A stretch of 64,000 nt of DNA from Bacteroidota bacterium (lineage in GTDB: Bacteria > Bacteroidota > Bacteroidia > Bacteroidales > Paludibacteraceae). The stretch covers positions 2,767 through 66,766 of the forward strand of contig JBJOOU010000308.1 of NCBI GenBank assembly GCA_046051105.1, read 5' to 3'. Shown here one piece after another: positions 58,819 to 64,000 of this stretch (position 1 is its first letter; every line of letters begins with the position of its first letter). Position numbers and translations under genes: made by a program. A model generated the notes under the pieces. The model searched no databases. It was not told the origin of the DNA and saw only the letters and a list, made by a program, of their open reading frames with translations.

Positions 58819-59763
58819 ATGAGTGTTGTAGAAAAAATTAAAAGCGCAAAATCGACGGCTTTCTCTTTCGAATTGCTTCCTCCATTGAAAGGAAATGGGA
58901 TGGAATCGGTATTCAGAACCATCGATACGCTTCGTGAGTTTGATCCTAAGTACATCAATATTACTACCCATCGTAGCGAGATGGTGTTTCGCGAGACGGC
59001 TCAGGGTTTGTTTGAGCGTGTTTCCGAACGTCACCGTCCGGGTACTGTAGCCATTGCTGCTGCTATTCAGAATAAATATAAAATTCCGGTCATTCCACAT
59101 ATTATCTGTAGTGGATTTACAAAAGAAGAAACGGAATATGCATTGATCGATCTTCAGTTTTTGGGAATTACCGACTTGCTGTTGTTGCGTGGCGACAAGG
59201 CAAAACATGAGCGTGAGTTTGTTCCAACCGGCCATCGTCATGCTACTGAATTGCAGGAACAGGTGAATCAGTTCAATCAGGGATTTTTCCTGGATGGATC
59301 GAAAATGAAATCGACAGTTCCATTTTCTTACGGTATGGCTTGTTATCCTGAAAAGCATGAAGAGGCTCCTAATCTGGATTCAGACTTGATCTACGCCAAA
59401 CAAAAGGTGGATGCAGGAGCGGAATATTTGGTGACTCAGATGTTTTTTGATAATCAGAAGTATTATGAGTTTGTAGATAAATGTCGTGCCAATGGTATCA
59501 ATGTACCCATTATTCCGGGATTGAAACCCATTACTTTGAAAAATCAAATGACGGTTTTGCCTAAAATTTTCCATACCGATTTACCTGAAGCTTTTGCTTC
59601 AGAATTACGCAAGTGTCAGTCGGATGCCGAAGCAGTAGAAGTGGGAGTGGAGTGGTGTATTCAGCAAGCCAATGATTTGAAAGCGAATGGTGTACCAAGC
59701 ATTCATTTCTATAGCATGATGGCTACCCAGAGCGTTAAACGCGTAGCTCAGGCTGTGTATTAA
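58819..59763 (+). CDS. metF: Methylenetetrahydrofolate reductase
   Basis: FSFELLPP, LRGD, CYPEKH, KVDAGA..VTQMFFD and IHFYSM motifs. Confidence 0.95.
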   Translation: MSVVEKIKSAKSTAFSFELLPPLKGNGMESVFRTIDTLREFDPKYINITTHRSEMVFRETAQGLFERVSERHRPGTVAIAAAIQNKYKIPVIPHIICSGFTKEETEYALIDLQFLGITDLLLLRGDKAKHEREFVPTGHRHATELQEQVNQFNQGFFLDGSKMKSTVPFSYGMACYPEKHEEAPNLDSDLIYAKQKVDAGAEYLVTQMFFDNQKYYEFVDKCRANGINVPIIPGLKPITLKNQMTVLPKIFHTDLPEAFASELRKCQSDAEAVEVGVEWCIQQANDLKANGVPSIHFYSMMATQSVKRVAQAVY

Positions 59764-59777
59764 TAAATTGTAAAGTT

Positions 59778-60014
59778 ATGTTCGGATTCTTAGTATTTAT
59801 CCTGTTTGTAGGAGTGATTATAGTATTGATTGTGTTGTCCAGTATTTTGGGTTTCATACGGTCGGTATTGTCGGTGTTTGGTATTGGGCGGCGCTCCACA
59901 AGGGCTTCGCAAGATTCTTATCAGCAACCGTCTTATGACGAACAGGCAAATAAAAAACAAAAAGTGTTTGCCGACGATGAAGGTGAATATGTAGATTACG
60001 AAGAAATAAAATAA
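59778..60014 (+). CDS. Small membrane protein, DUF4834-like
   Basis: N-terminal TM and C-terminal FADDEGEYVDYEEIK. Confidence 0.8.
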   Translation: MFGFLVFILFVGVIIVLIVLSSILGFIRSVLSVFGIGRRSTRASQDSYQQPSYDEQANKKQKVFADDEGEYVDYEEIK

Positions 60015-60018
60015 TACG

Positions 60019-60053
60019 AACGCCAACTAATCCACCAATTAGTTGGCGTTTTT
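60019..60053 (+). terminator. Intrinsic terminator
   Basis: AACGCCAACTAAT...ATTAGTTGGCGTTTTT. Confidence 0.85.
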
Positions 60054-60084
60054 GTTTGAACTGCCTATATTTGCATTTTACTTA

Positions 60085-60537
60085 ATGAATATGAGTCAAA
60101 AATCAGAACAAGCGATAGCAATTTTCTCGAACGGTTATAACTGTTCGCAATCGGTATTTAGTGTGTTTGCGTCAGACTTCGGAATGTCGCGTGATTTAAG
60201 TCTGCGCCTTGCAGGTCCTATGGGTGCAGGTATTGCCCGCCGTCAGGAAACCTGCGGAGCGGTAACGGGTGCAATAATGGCGCTGGGATTGAAATATGGA
60301 AAGGGCGAAAACGGAACGGATGACGATAAAAAGCGGTCTTTTGAAAAAGCTAATCAATTGATGTCGCTTTTTGAAGCACAATGTGGATCAACAAATTGCT
60401 TGCATTTGCTGGATGGAAATTGTATGAGTACCGAAGAAGGTGCGGCAAAAATAGCGGCAGCCGACATGTTCAATACGCGTTGTACAAACTATGTGCAAAC
60501 CGCTGTTGAATTGGTAGAGCAATTAATGGAAGAATAA
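60085..60537 (+). CDS. C-GCAxxG-C-C family putative redox protein
   Basis: YNCSQSV, ETCGAVTGA, GSTNC and a terminal Cys; -7 box TATATTTG at 60066 (start 60085 or 60091). Confidence 0.88.
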   Translation: MNMSQKSEQAIAIFSNGYNCSQSVFSVFASDFGMSRDLSLRLAGPMGAGIARRQETCGAVTGAIMALGLKYGKGENGTDDDKKRSFEKANQLMSLFEAQCGSTNCLHLLDGNCMSTEEGAAKIAAADMFNTRCTNYVQTAVELVEQLMEE

Positions 60538-60546
60538 TTGTGAATT

Positions 60547-61269
60547 TTATTCAGATTCAAATTTGACTTCTTTGAAATAAAAGGTTTTAATTTCTCCTTC
60601 TTTTGTTTCCAGTTCGAGTAAACCATCGGGGTGAACCGAGTTGATTTTTGCTTCGAATTTCTCGTTGGTGGTGGAGTAGGGGTGATATCCTGTTTTTCGG
60701 TAGAGGCAGTCGGCATAATCAGCACGCACTGCTTCAGGTGAGGAATGATGATAGATATCCATAATGCTTTCACAAATTTCCTGGAGTAGTTTTGTGCGGT
60801 CGTAGCTTTGGCCGGTGATGAGTTGAAGCGAAACCGGATTAGGGGCGTTACTTCTGAAAACTTCCTGATTGATGTTTATGCCAATACCTATCACCGACTT
60901 GATACTGGAGGCTTGTAACGAATTTTCTATTAGTATTCCCCCTATTTTTTTATTGTGCCAATAAATGTCATTGGGCCATTTTACTGAAATTCCATCTACG
61001 ATTGTACTCAATACGTTTTTGATACCAATGCTGGCCACTTGTGAAAGGTAAAACAGGTACTCAAACGGAACCTGGTTGGGGTACAATAAGATGCTAAACA
61101 TCAGATTTTTTCCGTTTTCCGATTCCCAACTATTTCCGGTTTGTCCTTTTCCGGCCGTTTGAAAATCGGTATACGCCACAAAGCCCTCGGGTAGCTTCTG
61201 TTTGCGCAATAATTCCCATAGCAGATTGTTGGTCGAATTGGTTTCGGAAGTAAAATGTGAATTTTCCAT
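60547..61269 (-). CDS. birA: Biotin--[acetyl-CoA carboxylase] ligase (no HTH)
   Basis: STN, QTAGKGQ, KWPND, KKIGGILIE and GIGIN motifs. Confidence 0.95.
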   Translation of the reverse strand: MENSHFTSETNSTNNLLWELLRKQKLPEGFVAYTDFQTAGKGQTGNSWESENGKNLMFSILLYPNQVPFEYLFYLSQVASIGIKNVLSTIVDGISVKWPNDIYWHNKKIGGILIENSLQASSIKSVIGIGININQEVFRSNAPNPVSLQLITGQSYDRTKLLQEICESIMDIYHHSSPEAVRADYADCLYRKTGYHPYSTTNEKFEAKINSVHPDGLLELETKEGEIKTFYFKEVKFESE

Positions 61270-61275
61270 CGTTTT

Positions 61276-62697
61276 TTATTTGTTGAGGTCTTTCATGATG
61301 TCCAATAAAAAATCTTCCATTTTTTTGATCACTTGCTTGTGAGTGCCGTCGGGATTGTTGACCAGGATGGCAAAAACGAGTGTTCTGTTCTTCAGTTCCA
61401 GATAGCCCGCATAGCATTTCACGCTTTCGATGGTGCCGCTTTTGGCATGAACTTTTCCTTGCAAAGCTGAGCCTGTGCCAAACGATGATAGTGTTCCACG
61501 TCCGCCACTAACAGGAAGACTCTTGTAGAAATCATTACTATTGGCACTTTGATTGCGCATGTAGGTTAGCAATTGAACAAAGAAATCCGCCGAAACAGCA
61601 TCGCAGGGCGAAAGGCCGGATCCGTCATGCTGGAACAATTGGTCGGTGGGAAGCCCTTTTTCTTTCCAGAATTTGCGAATAGTAGAAATAGCATTGTTGG
61701 TTGAACCAATTTCTGATTTTTGTAGGCCGATGGTTTTGAACAGATATTCCGCAAAGTGATTATTACTTTTGATATTGGTTTCGGTGATAATTTCCCGAAG
61801 GACAGGTGAGTAATGGGTGTAAAGTAATGTCATTGAACGATATTCGCCTGCTTGAACCAATGGGAAGTTTTTTACTGTTATTCCATTGTCAGCTAACTGT
61901 TGCTGCAGGTGTTGTGCCAGTAGTAATGCCGGGTTGGGAATGTCGCCTTTTACCACGAATTCGGCGCGATAGGCCGGAATTTCACCGTACACACTGCGTT
62001 CCAGCGAGTAAGGTGCGCCGTAGAAATACGCATTGTCGTAGCCGATATTTGCACTTTTCAAATGATTGTCCATGCCTAAGCCGGGTATCTCAGGTTCTGT
62101 TCTGATTATTTCAGGTGTGGTGCCGATTGCGCCCGATTTGAAGTACATTCTGTAAGTATTGTCGAGATAAGAGATGCCGTGTATGCCCGGCGCATAGTAG
62201 TTGCCCATGTCTTCCCATGTCCATTTCGGGTTGATCACCTGCGATTCAAAAATACTTTCGTCGGCAATAATGCGTCCAACGATGGATTTTATACCTGCTT
62301 TTTTGATTGCGTCGATCCATTTCGGGAAAAAATCTTTCTCGCCCGCCTTGTCCGAACCTAATGTTGGGTCGCCACCACCTCGTATGTAGAGGTTGCCATT
62401 CAGAATACTGTCTGATGTGATTTTCGCATCGGTATATAATCTTGTTTCAAATCGGTAATCGGGACCCAAAAGTTCCAGTATAGTGGCAGTGGTAACCACT
62501 TTCATGGTTGATGCCGGAGTGGCCACGCTGTTGGGTCGGTAGTTGCTGATTACTTCACCAGTAGCCAGGTCTTTTACGAGCAAACTTACATTGGCATTCT
62601 TAAGTAATTGATTTTGGGTGAAATCTTCTAGTGGCGTTGTTGCAAAGCCTTTAATAAAAACCAAAAGTAGCAGCAGAGCTGTATATATTGTACGCAT
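61276..62697 (-). CDS. dacB: D-Ala-D-Ala carboxypeptidase/endopeptidase (PBP4, S13)
   Basis: PASTMK (SxxK), GGGDPTL, SNN, DGSGLS and KSG motifs; -7 box at 62722. Confidence 0.93.
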   Translation of the reverse strand: MRTIYTALLLLLVFIKGFATTPLEDFTQNQLLKNANVSLLVKDLATGEVISNYRPNSVATPASTMKVVTTATILELLGPDYRFETRLYTDAKITSDSILNGNLYIRGGGDPTLGSDKAGEKDFFPKWIDAIKKAGIKSIVGRIIADESIFESQVINPKWTWEDMGNYYAPGIHGISYLDNTYRMYFKSGAIGTTPEIIRTEPEIPGLGMDNHLKSANIGYDNAYFYGAPYSLERSVYGEIPAYRAEFVVKGDIPNPALLLAQHLQQQLADNGITVKNFPLVQAGEYRSMTLLYTHYSPVLREIITETNIKSNNHFAEYLFKTIGLQKSEIGSTNNAISTIRKFWKEKGLPTDQLFQHDGSGLSPCDAVSADFFVQLLTYMRNQSANSNDFYKSLPVSGGRGTLSSFGTGSALQGKVHAKSGTIESVKCYAGYLELKNRTLVFAILVNNPDGTHKQVIKKMEDFLLDIMKDLNK

Positions 62698-63008
62698 AAA
62701 AGTGTCAGTGAAAATTATACACAAAAATACTCATAATAAATGGAAAGAACTTTTTGCGCAAGAGAATCTGTTTATTTTTCTTCTGAGCAATGATTAGCGT
62801 GAAAATTATCCCGATGAATGTTAGGAAAGTCGTAATTTGTAGAAATAGAAGATATTGGTCTACGTAATTTCAAGATGGATCGTCTGTAATTTCAAAGTGA
62901 ATGATCTTTGGTTGAATATCTATCAGATGGAGAAAATGCACGATGGATAGTATTTTCGACAAGAAATAGCAAAGCCCTTTGGACTTTTAAGTGCCAAAGA
63001 ACTTAGCT

Positions 63009-64000
63009 TTAATCTACTTCGATAATTTTGCCTATACTCACATAACACAGATATCCGTTTACTTCATATCCCATTTCTGCGATCAGATTCATGTACTGTT
63101 TTACCTGTTTGAGGTAGCTTGTTTTTTCTGCATCTCCAAATTTATAGTCAATCACGGTGGCTTCATTTTCTCTGAAAATAACGCGGTCGGGGCGATACTG
63201 ACCTCCACCGGGCGTAAGTATGGTTGTTTCGTTCAATACCCGCATGTCCGGAGCAAACCAGTCTTCGACCAGCGGGAGTTTCCAGAATTTATCAAACTCA
63301 GCTTCGATTGTTTTCCGGTCTTTCTCGTTGTCAATCCGGCCTTCGCGCACCATGGCGTCAATGGCTTTGGGCTGATCAGCCTTCGACTTTATCTCTTTCA
63401 GAATGTCGTGCATAATCAGTCCGTAGTTGAGTTTGCTGTCGGTCAATTCCTGATTTTCGAGTAAAAAGTCCAGACTTTGATGACGAACCCGTAATCGATC
63501 GGTGCTTTTTACCGAAGGGTAATGGCTAACTTTTTCGTTGCTGAAGTCAGAATCACCCGGTTTATTTACAGGAATTGTAGGTGTGCCGAGTTCGAACACT
63601 CGCTCTTCAGCCTGATATTTATCGGACAGAGGAATGATTTCCGTGTCGAGCGATGGAGTTTCTACGCTAAAACATGCCGTGAGTAGCGTGGCAAGTGAGT
63701 TGATTTTATCCAGTCCGTCTACTTCCTTTTTGGGAGCTGGCGCGAGGCAAATCAATTCGTGTTTGGCACGGGTGAAAGCTACGTAAGCAATGTTCAGGCT
63801 GTCGATAAACAAATGCATTTGTTCATCGAAATAATGTTCAGCAAAAATAGATTGACCGAGCTTCGATGTATATTCAATTGGGAGTAATGGCAACTCATTG
63901 AATGGTGCTTCCTTGGGCTCGCACCATAGAATGTTACGCATGTTACTGTCCAGTTTCCAGTCGCAAAAGGGCATAATAACCACTTTGAAATCCAGCCCTT
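63009..64000 (-). CDS. UvrD/AddA-like helicase-nuclease, C-terminal part (5'-truncated by window edge)
   Basis: KGLDF (motif V), YVAFTRAK (motif VI) and RecB-type nuclease motifs G..MH, RPDR, IDYK. Confidence 0.9.
   Translation of the reverse strand, partial: GLDFKVVIMPFCDWKLDSNMRNILWCEPKEAPFNELPLLPIEYTSKLGQSIFAEHYFDEQMHLFIDSLNIAYVAFTRAKHELICLAPAPKKEVDGLDKINSLATLLTACFSVETPSLDTEIIPLSDKYQAEERVFELGTPTIPVNKPGDSDFSNEKVSHYPSVKSTDRLRVRHQSLDFLLENQELTDSKLNYGLIMHDILKEIKSKADQPKAIDAMVREGRIDNEKDRKTIEAEFDKFWKLPLVEDWFAPDMRVLNETTILTPGGGQYRPDRVIFRENEATVIDYKFGDAEKTSYLKQVKQYMNLIAEMGYEVNGYLCYVSIGKIIEVD

Overview
Chromosomal window from an anaerobic Bacteroidota genome (Bacteroidales; Paludibacter-like is my inference). 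Support for this: TAnnTTTG -7 promoter boxes before many genes, a hybrid two-component system, T9SS C-terminal domains and a GENNYALAA tmRNA tag. Most of it is housekeeping: succinate/acetate CoA-transferase, pepD, rubrerythrin, rpsO, waaA, hisS, pgk, mdh, murF, ssrA, rny, zapA, ispG, metF, birA, dacB and the 3' end of an AddA/UvrD-like gene. I saw no integrase, transposase, CRISPR array, tRNA or rRNA. Three regions stand out. (1) A 16.7 kb co-oriented block (20817-37478) holds a PAS-LuxR regulator, 1032-aa and 3534-aa T9SS-type surface proteins, and a Ser/Gly-rich membrane protein with a PEP-CTERM-like tail; its intergenic regions share a TGTA-N8-TACA palindrome four times. (2) Five GGG(G/A) boxes phased at exactly 20 bp lie between a membrane-bound LytTR gene and a divergent DUF6051-like hydrolase. 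(3) An unannotated ~220 nt rod-like inverted repeat sits between rpsO and waaA, and its stem mismatches are all G-U on the + strand. All calls come from reading the sequence; no database searches or folding programs were run.
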